Shown here piece by piece: positions 20,036 to 29,279 of a stretch of 54,367 nt of DNA (position 1 is the first letter of the stretch; each line of letters starts with the position of its first letter). Under the pieces are notes generated by a model. That model had not been told where the DNA came from. It saw nothing but the letters and a program-made list of their open reading frames with translations, and ran no database searches. A program made the position numbers and the translations under genes. This stretch comes from an uncultured Pseudomonadota bacterium (GTDB lineage Bacteria; Pseudomonadota; Gammaproteobacteria; Burkholderiales; Eutrophovitaceae): positions 1 through 54,367 of the forward strand of contig CAJXOL010000001.1 in assembly GCA_913057675.1 (NCBI GenBank), in the 5' to 3' direction.

Positions 20036-20770
20036 ATGAAGCCTGATATGAATTTTATATTCATTTCGGACTTACATTTATCGGCTTCAGCAACCGCAAA
20101 AACAAATATATTTTTGCGGTTGCTAGAAAGATGTTCAAGTCCGTCAAATCACTTGTTTATTCTTGGCGACTTATTCGACTATTGGGTTGGAGATGATGAC
20201 ATAAACAACCCTCTATTTTCGACTGTCTTACCAGCTCTGAGAAATATGACAGATGCAGGAGCCAGACTCAGCATAATGCGAGGAAACAGAGATTTTTTGA
20301 TCGGTAAGCGATTAGCTCAAATGACACATGGAGACATACTTTCAGACCCGTACCTCATTGAAATTCATGGAGAGAAAATACTACTAAGTCACGGGGACCA
20401 ATGGTGCACTGGTGATGCAGAATATCAGGCTATACGGTCAGTTGTTAGATCTGATCAATGGATTGATGATTTTTTACAGTTACCACTTAATGAGAGAAAT
20501 AAGCGAGCAGCAAATTATCGAAAAGAAAGTGAAGCCTCTAAGGAAACCAAAAATGCTGACATCATGGATGTCTCAATGCAAGCCGTAGAGAAGGCATTCG
20601 AAACATACAATTGTCGCAGGATAATCCACGGACACACACACCGCCATGCCCATCATAAACAATTAGTTAATGGGCAAATTCTAGAAAGGTTTGTACTTGC
20701 AGATTGGGGCACGCAAGGACAAGCCTTAATAATTAATGAAAACGGCTACTCAGATCAATTCTTCGATTGA
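20036..20770 (+). CDS. lpxH: UDP-2,3-diacylglucosamine diphosphatase
   Basis: 244 aa with calcineurin-like metallophosphatase motifs ISDLHL, GDLFDYWVGDDD, GNRDF and HGHTH. The ppiB-lpxH adjacency is conserved. The start could be the internal MNFIF (20048). Confidence 0.88.
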   Translation: MKPDMNFIFISDLHLSASATAKTNIFLRLLERCSSPSNHLFILGDLFDYWVGDDDINNPLFSTVLPALRNMTDAGARLSIMRGNRDFLIGKRLAQMTHGDILSDPYLIEIHGEKILLSHGDQWCTGDAEYQAIRSVVRSDQWIDDFLQLPLNERNKRAANYRKESEASKETKNADIMDVSMQAVEKAFETYNCRRIIHGHTHRHAHHKQLVNGQILERFVLADWGTQGQALIINENGYSDQFFD

Positions 20771-20788
20771 AGATGGTCTGCAGCCACT

Positions 20789-22306
20789 TTAATCAATAAT
20801 CACATCCAAGTCTAAATCAGCCGTTGCCTGGAAAACTGACGAGAGCTTCTCATCGTTTCGCTCACCCTCGACAGAAGCTAGATACTCTGCCGATACGTCT
20901 CCCGTGACATACTCTCCCGTGAAACACGAAGTTTCAAACTGCGTAATTTTAGGATTAAACGAGGCGCAACCGGCGATCAAGTCTTCAACAGTTTGATAAA
21001 TAATGCGGTCAACTCCGATTTCAGCCGCTATAGCCTGCTCGTCACGACCATGCGCTAACAACTCCTTTGAGCTTGGCATATCAATACCGTAAACATTAGG
21101 AAAGCGAACTGGGGGAGCGGCTGATGCGAAGTAGACCTGAGTTGCGCCAGCATCTCTCGCCATTTGCACAATTTCTCGACTGGTAGTCCCCCGCACGATA
21201 GAGTCGTCGACAAGCAGTACATTTTTACCTTCAAATTCAGACCCGATAGCGTTAAGTTTTTGTCGGACAGATTTTTCTCTAACTTCTCTGCCAGGCATGA
21301 TGAAAGTGCGACCAATATAACGATTTTTTATGAACCCCTCTCGGTAAGGCACACCAATCCCATCAGCAATTTCCATCGCTGATGGTCGGCTGGACTCCGG
21401 AATCGGGATTACGACATCTATTTTCAAGTCGGAATATTCAGATTTTATCTTTTTCGCGAGTGTCTCTCCCATCCTCATCCTGGTCTCGTGTACTGAAATA
21501 CCATCCATAACTGAGTCAGGTCTGGCCAGGTAGACATATTCAAAAATGCAAGGGTATCGTTGCGGATTTGCGGCGCACTGTTGCTCACTAACCACACCAT
21601 CATTTGAAATGAATATCGCCTCACCAGGCTCTAAATCTCTGACATACTTAAAACCGAGTGTATCTAATGCTACAGTTTCCGAGGCAACCAGATATTCTTG
21701 CTCTGAGCCTTCTTGTCTCACGCCATAAACAAGCGGTCTAATCCCGAACGGGTCACGAAAGGCAAGTAGCCCGTAGCCTGAAATCATAGCAACGACGGCA
21801 TATGCACCTTTCACTCGCTTATGAACACCTTTCACGGCCTCAAAAATAGCTTCGGTAGTTAAGTTAACGCCAACGCTGGATTTCTGTAATTCATGAGCAA
21901 ATACATTTAGTAAAACTTCCGAATCGGAGTTCGTATTGACGTGCCTGAGGTCTTGTCGGAAGAGCTCAACCTTCAATTTCTGAGAGTTGGTTAAATTTCC
22001 ATTGTGGCCTAGGACGATACCAAACGGAGAGTTTACATACATGGGCTGCGCTTCGTCAGAGGCGTTTGCAGATCCAGCAGTAGGGTACCGACAATGTCCA
22101 ATACCCGCATTCCCGATCAATAGCCGCATATTTCGAGTTCTAAATACATCCCGGACTAATCCACCTCCCTTGTGCATATGGAAATTAGGTCCGTCTGCCG
22201 TCACAATGCCCGCCGCATCTTGACCTCGATGTTGGAGTACCTGCAACCCATCGTAGAGCAGTTGGTTAACTGGTGACTTCGCTACCACTCCAAGCAAACC
22301 GCACAT
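20789..22306 (-). CDS. purF: Amidophosphoribosyltransferase
   Basis: An Ntn-amidotransferase must begin Met-Cys, and MCGLLGVVAK starts at the ATG at 22306. PRPP loop VLLVDDSIVRGTT is present. The ORF-track start at 22381 adds 25 residues and would overlap cvpA. Confidence 0.95.
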   Translation of the reverse strand: MCGLLGVVAKSPVNQLLYDGLQVLQHRGQDAAGIVTADGPNFHMHKGGGLVRDVFRTRNMRLLIGNAGIGHCRYPTAGSANASDEAQPMYVNSPFGIVLGHNGNLTNSQKLKVELFRQDLRHVNTNSDSEVLLNVFAHELQKSSVGVNLTTEAIFEAVKGVHKRVKGAYAVVAMISGYGLLAFRDPFGIRPLVYGVRQEGSEQEYLVASETVALDTLGFKYVRDLEPGEAIFISNDGVVSEQQCAANPQRYPCIFEYVYLARPDSVMDGISVHETRMRMGETLAKKIKSEYSDLKIDVVIPIPESSRPSAMEIADGIGVPYREGFIKNRYIGRTFIMPGREVREKSVRQKLNAIGSEFEGKNVLLVDDSIVRGTTSREIVQMARDAGATQVYFASAAPPVRFPNVYGIDMPSSKELLAHGRDEQAIAAEIGVDRIIYQTVEDLIAGCASFNPKITQFETSCFTGEYVTGDVSAEYLASVEGERNDEKLSSVFQATADLDLDVIID

Positions 22307-22355
22307 CAAATATCTCCCCGAGTTAATTACGACACGATTATATACGCCCCGCCCA

Positions 22356-22856
22356 TCACTTTGGTGAGATATCCCACTCAAGTTCAGGCATTTTTAGTTG
22401 TAGAAATGAAGCAACTACCTCCAAGGGGAATCGGAATTGGGCGTCCTGCCACTCGGGCTTACGAGAAAACTCCGTCGAACTGAAAATTATTACTGCCAGC
22501 GCAGAGATTAAAACGCCTCGCACCAGACCAAACACCCCCCCTAACGCACGGTCCATTCCCGTAAGCGCCGAAGCCTTCACCAAACTGGAAAGCTTAACCG
22601 TAACAAAATGGAATAAAAACAACGTCAAGATTAAAATTGCCACAAAAATAACTATTAACCTAAGCTTGGGACTGATAATCATTTGATCAAATAATCCCGC
22701 AATAGGAACAACAGAAAATTTAGATATCCATAATGCTAAAAACCAGGTTAACAGCGAAAAAACCTCTCGCGTAAAGCCACGAAAAAGACCATAAATTGTC
22801 GAAGCAAGTAAAATGGCGATGAATCCATAATCAAACCAATTGAGGTTTAGTTCCAT
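22356..22856 (-). CDS. cvpA: Colicin V production protein CvpA family membrane protein
   Basis: 166 aa with four predicted TM helices. Conserved position immediately upstream of purF. Confidence 0.85.
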   Translation of the reverse strand: MELNLNWFDYGFIAILLASTIYGLFRGFTREVFSLLTWFLALWISKFSVVPIAGLFDQMIISPKLRLIVIFVAILILTLFLFHFVTVKLSSLVKASALTGMDRALGGVFGLVRGVLISALAVIIFSSTEFSRKPEWQDAQFRFPLEVVASFLQLKMPELEWDISPK

Positions 22857-22870
22857 ACCTAGATGTAAGC

Positions 22871-23440
22871 CTATGGTTGAGTTCGGGTAATTTTAGCGTC
22901 ACCGTACGTGAGCTTCCCAGATTCCAAACGTTCTAGGGTTCTCTGTGCTTGATCCCTAGATGAGAACACGCCAACTGACACGCGAGTCATAGATCCATTT
23001 GAACCTTTAACACCTTCTAATATTACCGAAAATCCATTTTCCTCAAGCTTTTTCGCAAGACTCTGGGCACCGCTGTTTTTGGAAAATGCGCCTAACTGTA
23101 TGACATACTGGGAGTCTGCCTCATCATTTACTTGCGATGAACTTGAATTTTTTGAGTTAGCACCGACCACCGCTGAGGGAACAGAGTTCGCAAGGTCTAT
23201 TGGTCGGCCTTCTAGATCAGGAACCGAATTTTGGCCCAAATCTTTAACTCCCGTCGAACTTACTGACCTTGATGTGGAAATTATATTTATTTCAACATCT
23301 TCAGAAATTTTTCTGGGCTCATTATCCAACAATAATGGAACTAGCGTGACCACAAGAAGAACCAACACAATGGCTCCAATCAGTCTCCGTCTCGCTCGCT
23401 TCTTGAGCTCCAGTTCGTCCGTGTCTTCTCCTACCAGCAT
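22871..23440 (-). CDS. SPOR-domain cell-division protein (DedD-like)
   Basis: 189 aa. Single N-terminal TM (LIGAIVLVLLVVTLVPLLL), a low-complexity linker and a C-terminal SPOR domain (YVIQLGAFSKNSGAQSLAKKLEENGF...). Lies in the folC-dedD-cvpA-purF context. Confidence 0.75.
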   Translation of the reverse strand: MLVGEDTDELELKKRARRRLIGAIVLVLLVVTLVPLLLDNEPRKISEDVEINIISTSRSVSSTGVKDLGQNSVPDLEGRPIDLANSVPSAVVGANSKNSSSSQVNDEADSQYVIQLGAFSKNSGAQSLAKKLEENGFSVILEGVKGSNGSMTRVSVGVFSSRDQAQRTLERLESGKLTYGDAKITRTQP

Positions 23441-23462
23441 AATCCGTCTTTAGTATCTTCTT

Positions 23463-24749
23463 TTAGCTTCTATTATGTACTAAGCTGGAAACAAATGGGT
23501 GATTTAACGCAGTCGACACAGTCAAAAAAGAGCCGCAAATCACAATTCTGTCTTCCGAGCCACTGATCTCGAGTAGCTTGTTCATAGCCTTATCTACTGA
23601 ACTCCACGATGTTACTTTATCGCTATCTAGGCTTATAATCGCCTGAGCTACTACCAAGTCCGGGTCAGCAGGCCGATCACCCTCCAGCGCGCAAACAAAT
23701 AACTGATCGGCAACTGAAGCTAACAAGGTCATCATTTCAACATATTGCTTATCTGCCATCACACCAAAAATGACTCTTGTCTTACCCTTAAAGGCCGCAC
23801 GCCTCAACTCCCTAATCAGACTAGTCACAGAAGCTACGTTATGCGCCACATCCAACACGACCAATGGGCGTGATGGGAGCACTTGAAACCGCCCCAATCT
23901 TTCCGCCGTCAACAGCCCATCTCGAATTGCGGCAACATCAATGGGCAGTAGATTTTTCAGCAGAGTGACCGCTTGAATGGATACGCTTGCATTCACTAGT
24001 TGATGTTCTCCCTGCATCAGCGGAAAGGCTAAATTCATCCGAGATGCGCCTGCAGACCAAAATTTCCAACTGGAAGTATCTCTTACAAAACCAAAATCTC
24101 TGGCAATTAACTGCAGCTCCGCCCCCATCGCGGCGGCTGCATCTAAGATCGATTGAGGCGGATCTTCATCTCCACATATTGCGTGTGCGCCACCACCTCG
24201 AAAAATTGCAGCTTTCTCAGCACCAATCTTCTCTCTGGTCTCGCCTAAATACTCCATATGATCGAGCCCCACGTTCGTCACAATGGCACAATCAGGATCC
24301 AAAACGTTCGCCGCATCCCAACGTCCTCCAAGACCGACTTCTAAAATAATTAAATCAGCATCCTGTTTCAGAAAGACATCCAGAGCCGCAAGGAATGAAA
24401 ATTCAAAATATGTGAGGCTGACATCATTTCTCGCACAGTCAATTATCTCAAAAGAAGAAATAATGGTGTCATCATCAACCTCCGCATTAGCCAATCTTAT
24501 TCTTTCGTTGTAACGCAATAGATGTGGAGAGGCAAACACACCTGTCCGGTAGCCAGCTTTCGTATAGATCGCCTCCAGCATTGCGCACGTAGACCCCTTT
24601 CCGTTAGTGCCTCCAACAGTAATGACAGGGCATTGCGGACGAAGAGACATATCTTGGATAACTTTTCGGAGTCGACCCAGACTTAGATCGATCTCTTTAT
24701 GGTGAGTCGAATTGATACGACACAACCATTCTGTAAGCGACTTGTTCAA
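23463..24749 (-). CDS. folC: Bifunctional folylpolyglutamate synthase / dihydrofolate synthase
   Basis: 428 aa with Mur-ligase P-loop VGGTNGKGST. Lies downstream of accD, as in E. coli. Confidence 0.9.
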   Translation of the reverse strand: MNKSLTEWLCRINSTHHKEIDLSLGRLRKVIQDMSLRPQCPVITVGGTNGKGSTCAMLEAIYTKAGYRTGVFASPHLLRYNERIRLANAEVDDDTIISSFEIIDCARNDVSLTYFEFSFLAALDVFLKQDADLIILEVGLGGRWDAANVLDPDCAIVTNVGLDHMEYLGETREKIGAEKAAIFRGGGAHAICGDEDPPQSILDAAAAMGAELQLIARDFGFVRDTSSWKFWSAGASRMNLAFPLMQGEHQLVNASVSIQAVTLLKNLLPIDVAAIRDGLLTAERLGRFQVLPSRPLVVLDVAHNVASVTSLIRELRRAAFKGKTRVIFGVMADKQYVEMMTLLASVADQLFVCALEGDRPADPDLVVAQAIISLDSDKVTSWSSVDKAMNKLLEISGSEDRIVICGSFLTVSTALNHPFVSSLVHNRS

Positions 24750-24786
24750 GACCTATGAAATATACAAGTAATAGAAATATAAATGA

Positions 24787-25665
24787 CTACGAATGTTCTG
24801 ACGTTCGAATACGCATAAACAATGACAGAAGGTTGCCTAACCGATCCTTCATTTCTCGGCGATCAATGATCATATCTATCGCACCATGTGCCAATAAAAA
24901 CTCCGCACGCTGAAACCCATCTGGTAAGGTCTGCCTTACGGTTTGCTCGATCACTCGAGGCCCAGCAAAGCCAATCAAAGCCCCAGGCTCAGCGATAACA
25001 ACATCACCCACCATAGCGAAACTAGCTGATACACCACCCATTGTAGGATCCGTCAAGACAGATATGAATGGCAAGCCTTGAGCAGACAGCTGTGAGATCG
25101 CTGCCGTGGTTTTCACCATTTGCATCAGAGACGTCAACCCTTCCTGCATACGTGCGCCGCCACTTGCCGAGAAGCAAACAAAAGGAATTTTTTTCGCGCA
25201 ACTGCGCCGCACACCAGCCGCAAAACGCTCTCCAACTACAGACCCCATTGAGCCACCTAAAAATGAAAATTCAAATGCCGCACAAACTGCAGTAATACCT
25301 TTGATGGTTCCTTGCTCGACAACAAGAGCATCCGATTCGGATGTTGATTTTTGAGCCGCAACGATTCGGTCTTTATATTTTTTACTATCGACAAACTTTA
25401 AAAAATCTACAGGTTTTGCATTCTGCCCAACCTCGATACGCTTACCTTCATCAAAAATTGAATCGAGTCTTTGCCTCGCATTCAGTCGACCATGATGTGA
25501 GCATTTGGGGCATACCTGAAGACTTTTTTTTAATTCGGCTTGATAGAGAACCGTCTCGCAAGTAGGGCACTTGCTCCACAACCCCTCTGGAACCACCTTA
25601 CGAGAAATCTTAGAAGTATCAAGCGTATTAAATTTCGGCGGTAATAGTTTTTGTAACCAACTCAT
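24787..25665 (-). CDS. accD: Acetyl-CoA carboxylase carboxyltransferase beta subunit
   Basis: 292 aa with N-terminal zinc ribbon CPTC...CPKC and a carboxyltransferase domain ([18 protein letters not shown]). Confidence 0.95.
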   Translation of the reverse strand: MSWLQKLLPPKFNTLDTSKISRKVVPEGLWSKCPTCETVLYQAELKKSLQVCPKCSHHGRLNARQRLDSIFDEGKRIEVGQNAKPVDFLKFVDSKKYKDRIVAAQKSTSESDALVVEQGTIKGITAVCAAFEFSFLGGSMGSVVGERFAAGVRRSCAKKIPFVCFSASGGARMQEGLTSLMQMVKTTAAISQLSAQGLPFISVLTDPTMGGVSASFAMVGDVVIAEPGALIGFAGPRVIEQTVRQTLPDGFQRAEFLLAHGAIDMIIDRREMKDRLGNLLSLFMRIRTSEHS

Positions 25666-26462
25666 TTTTTATCAATAGCAATACGAATAGAACGAATAAA
25701 ATTTTCAACGTTAGTTACAACATCATTGAGATTGGATTTCTCAATTTCCTCCACCAACCGGCTTCCTATCACCACGGCATCCGACACCTGCGCTACCGCA
25801 CCGGCCGTTTCGCCATCTCGTATCCCAAAACCCACACCAACTGGAACCTGTACATGCTTCTTTATTTCCTTAACTCGCAAAGAGACATCATTTAAGTCTA
25901 AGTGGCCCGCTCCAGTAACCCCCTTGAGTGAAACATAGTAAACATAGCCAGTCGCCAAGCGTGCCACATCCACAATTCTTGACTCAAGAGTGGTTGGCGC
26001 CAACAGAAAAATAGAATCAATCTGCTTCTCTTTCAGTGCGACGTTTAAGGAACCACTCTCCTCTGGAGGATAATCAACTACAAGAACGCCATCAACACCC
26101 ACTTCAGCTGCTCGACCTACAAATAGTTCAACACCAAGCGCTTCTATTGGGTTTGCATAGCCCATCAATACGATCGGTGTGTCTTGATTTATCTCGCGAA
26201 ACCTGTGAACCAAATCAAGCACCTTACTTAAACTTGCGCCGCCCGCTAGGGCGCGCTCACTTGCCCTTTGAATAGTTGGGCCATCAGCAATTGGATCTGA
26301 AAAAGGTATTCCCAATTCGATGATATCCGAGCCACTGCGCACCAAAGCAGACATCAAACTCAGAGTTGTTTCTAAATCAGGATCTCCTGCTGTTATAAAG
26401 GGGATAAGGGCTTTGCGCCCACTCACAGATAACTCTTGGAATTTTTTGGTAATTCGTGACAT
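25662..26462 (-). CDS. trpA: Tryptophan synthase alpha chain
   Basis: 266 aa with typical TrpA motifs ([32 protein letters not shown]). The stop overlaps the accD start (ATGA). Confidence 0.95.
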   Translation of the reverse strand: MSRITKKFQELSVSGRKALIPFITAGDPDLETTLSLMSALVRSGSDIIELGIPFSDPIADGPTIQRASERALAGGASLSKVLDLVHRFREINQDTPIVLMGYANPIEALGVELFVGRAAEVGVDGVLVVDYPPEESGSLNVALKEKQIDSIFLLAPTTLESRIVDVARLATGYVYYVSLKGVTGAGHLDLNDVSLRVKEIKKHVQVPVGVGFGIRDGETAGAVAQVSDAVVIGSRLVEEIEKSNLNDVVTNVENFIRSIRIAIDKK

Positions 26463-26517
26463 AGGTGAAATAGAAAACTCAATAATAAGCTAGTTAAAAA
26501 TCCGAATCCGTGTGTGG

Positions 26518-27735
26518 TTACAAACTCATATTTGAAGCTGTCGCAACCGTTTCCATGTCTTTATCACCCCGGCCGGAAAGATTAACCAGTAGCACTTGTT
26601 CTCGGCTCATCTCAGGAGCTATTTTCATGGCATGAGCTACCGCATGGGCAGTTTCCAGTGCTGGCATGATGCCCTCAGTCTTCGTCAACTTATGGAACGC
26701 CTCTAGCGCCTCATCATCATTAGCAGAAACATATTCGGCTCGCCCTATGTCCTTCAGCCAAGAATGCTCTGGCCCAACACCTGGGTAGTCTAATCCTGCA
26801 GAAATAGAATGCGTTTCGATAATCTGACCATTATCATCTTGCATCAGATACGTACGGTTGCCATGTAAAACCCCAGGCGTGCCCGACGCAAGTGGCGCCG
26901 CATGTTTTCCCGTATGAATGCCTGATCCGCCCGCCTCTACGCCAATAAGACGAACATCTAGGTCTTTAATATACGGATAAAAAACACCTAACGCGTTAGA
27001 CCCCCCCCCAACGCAAGCAATGACCGCATCCGGCTGGCGACCAATCATTTCTGGCATTTGGGTTTTCAACTCTTCTCCGACCACTGAATTAAAATCACGC
27101 ACAATCATAGGATAAGGATGCGGTCCTGCGACCGTGCCAATAATATAAAAGGTATCCTCTACATTGGTTACCCAATCCCGCATGGCTTCGTTAAGCGCAT
27201 CCTTAAGCGTCTTCGAACCGCTTTCTACAGGAACAACCTCTGCCCCAAGCAAACGCATTCGATATACATTGCTCGCTTGACGTTTGATATCTTCCGACCC
27301 CATGTATACGACACAATCCATTCCATATCGAGCCGCAACTGTCGCGGATGCCACTCCATGCTGTCCCGCACCGGTTTCAGCGATGATGCGCTTTTTACCC
27401 ATATGACGCGCCAACAACGCCTGACCGACCGTGTTGTTGACCTTGTGAGCACCAGTATGATTCAGATCTTCCCGCTTGAACCATATCTGCGCACCTCCGA
27501 GCATCTCAGATAAACGCTTAGCATAATAAACTGGACTGGGCCGTCCCACAAAGTGTTTCAAATCATTATGAAACTCCTCCATGAAACTTGGAGTGTTCTT
27601 CAACTTTTCATAATTATTTTTTAAATCCTCGAGTGCATGTATCAAAGTCTCAGGAACAAACACGCCACCATAAGGGCCAAAATGGCCCTTATCATCAGGG
27701 AAATTATAATTTTGTAATTCTTCGTGCATCTGCAT
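26518..27735 (-). CDS. trpB: Tryptophan synthase beta chain
   Basis: 405 aa with [18 protein letters not shown] lysine motif HTGAHKVNN and GGGSNA loop. Confidence 0.97.
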   Translation of the reverse strand: MQMHEELQNYNFPDDKGHFGPYGGVFVPETLIHALEDLKNNYEKLKNTPSFMEEFHNDLKHFVGRPSPVYYAKRLSEMLGGAQIWFKREDLNHTGAHKVNNTVGQALLARHMGKKRIIAETGAGQHGVASATVAARYGMDCVVYMGSEDIKRQASNVYRMRLLGAEVVPVESGSKTLKDALNEAMRDWVTNVEDTFYIIGTVAGPHPYPMIVRDFNSVVGEELKTQMPEMIGRQPDAVIACVGGGSNALGVFYPYIKDLDVRLIGVEAGGSGIHTGKHAAPLASGTPGVLHGNRTYLMQDDNGQIIETHSISAGLDYPGVGPEHSWLKDIGRAEYVSANDDEALEAFHKLTKTEGIMPALETAHAVAHAMKIAPEMSREQVLLVNLSGRGDKDMETVATASNMSL

Positions 27736-28363
27736 TTTTTACCTCATTAACAAAGTCTCGCACGAGTGCAAGTTCCTTTAAACCTTTTCGTATGCCTTCT
27801 ACCCCAGAGCTCACATCAACTGCCCAAGGCTGAACACCGTTAATTGCTGCCGCCACGTTATTAGGCTTCAACCCTCCCGCCAAAACAATTGGGACTTCCA
27901 ATTCAGAAGGTATTAGATCCCAGTCAAACGTTTCACCGGTGCCCCCTCGTGCTCCTTGCGAATAAGCATCCAACAACAGTCCTGACGCGTCAACATACAT
28001 ATTACTGTATTTTATCAAATCAACGTCATTAGTAACGCGAACAGCTTTTATATATGGCTTACGAAATCCAGAACAAAAATCTGGCTCCTCATCTCCATGA
28101 AACTGTAGTAAATTCAAATCTACCGACTGCAAGGTCTGCAACACCTGATCTCGAGTAGGATTCACAAAGAGTCCAACTGACGAAATAAATGGGGGCAATT
28201 GCGTGACTATTTTTCGAGCAACTTCGAGATCAACGTTTCGAGGACTTTCGGAATAAAACACCAACCCAATCGCGTCAACACCAACGCTAGCTACACCAAG
28301 AGCGTTCTCTACCGAGGTTAAACCACAAATCTTGATCCCAGTAATGTCATTATTAATCATCAT
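27704..28363 (-). CDS. trpF: N-(5'-phosphoribosyl)anthranilate isomerase
   Basis: 219 aa with TrpF pattern (IKICGLT..., DAIGLVF...SPR, LQFHGDE, LAGGL.P.NV). Its 3' end overlaps the trpB start by 32 nt. Confidence 0.9.
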   Translation of the reverse strand: MMINNDITGIKICGLTSVENALGVASVGVDAIGLVFYSESPRNVDLEVARKIVTQLPPFISSVGLFVNPTRDQVLQTLQSVDLNLLQFHGDEEPDFCSGFRKPYIKAVRVTNDVDLIKYSNMYVDASGLLLDAYSQGARGGTGETFDWDLIPSELEVPIVLAGGLKPNNVAAAINGVQPWAVDVSSGVEGIRKGLKELALVRDFVNEVKNADARRITKL

Positions 28364-28372
28364 AAATAAACT

Positions 28373-29173
28373 TTAAATAAAGGAAGCAATATCAACGGCA
28401 CAGCCAGATAACATTTTGGGGGGCGGAAGACCCCACTGAGAATCATAGTTAACTGATACCAAGTATAGTCCATTGGGACTAAATGTTGGTGCCGCAACGC
28501 TGCGAGCTCTCGAGTTGAGCACCTCTTCCATCCAGCTGACTGGCTGCTTCCCTGCTCCAATATAAACTAGCGTGCCAATAATGTTACGCACCATGTGATG
28601 CAGAAAAGCATTTGCTGTGATGTCGACAATAGTGATATCTCCAAATGAGCGAACGGAGAGGCCCTCAATAGTCCTAACCGGACTCTTAGCCTGACATTCA
28701 GATGACCGAAATGCCGAAAAATCGTGCTTGCCGATCAACGTCGATGCCGCCAGACTCATCGCATGAACATCTAATTTCTTGTGATACCAACCGACCTTCT
28801 TCGTAAGCAATGCGGGGCGCTGCTCCCTATTCAATAAAAAATAACGGTAAGTTCGTCGCACAGCCGAGAACCGAGCGTGGAAATCTGTAGTCACCTCTGC
28901 AACCCAAAGTGCCGCGATATCATCCGATATTAGTGCGTTTAATCCACGCACCCAAGCCCCGTTAGGCCGGGCAACCTCGGTATCAAAGTGGATGATCTGA
29001 TATGTCGCGTGAACTCCTGCATCGGTACGTCCAGCGCAAAAAACACGAATCGGCGTTGCAGCAATCTGGCTCAAGCCTTTTTCGATTTCTCCTTGGATCG
29101 TGAGTGCTTCAGGTTGTATTTGCCAACCAGAAAAAGATGAACCATCGTACTCAATACCTAAAGCTAATCTCAC
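28373..29173 (-). CDS. truA: tRNA pseudouridine(38-40) synthase
   Basis: 266 aa with catalytic motif GRTDAGVHA and N-terminus MRLALGIEYDGSSFSGWQ. Confidence 0.93.
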   Translation of the reverse strand: MRLALGIEYDGSSFSGWQIQPEALTIQGEIEKGLSQIAATPIRVFCAGRTDAGVHATYQIIHFDTEVARPNGAWVRGLNALISDDIAALWVAEVTTDFHARFSAVRRTYRYFLLNREQRPALLTKKVGWYHKKLDVHAMSLAASTLIGKHDFSAFRSSECQAKSPVRTIEGLSVRSFGDITIVDITANAFLHHMVRNIIGTLVYIGAGKQPVSWMEEVLNSRARSVAAPTFSPNGLYLVSVNYDSQWGLPPPKMLSGCAVDIASFI

Positions 29174-29279
29174 AATGACCTCTTCAAAAATCTTTAGGAC
29201 TTTGCCTAGGAAACTCTAAATTAAAAAGACTGCTAAGCCGGAGTCAAGTCTGCCGGTAGAGTTATGACTCTCGAATGAA

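Noticed and set aside
29190-29260. Short imperfect stems (CCGGAG...CTGCCGG, AGACT...AGTCTTTTT) between fimV and truA
   Set aside because: The stems are only 4-6 bp, with bulges or very large loops. This is not distinguishable from chance.
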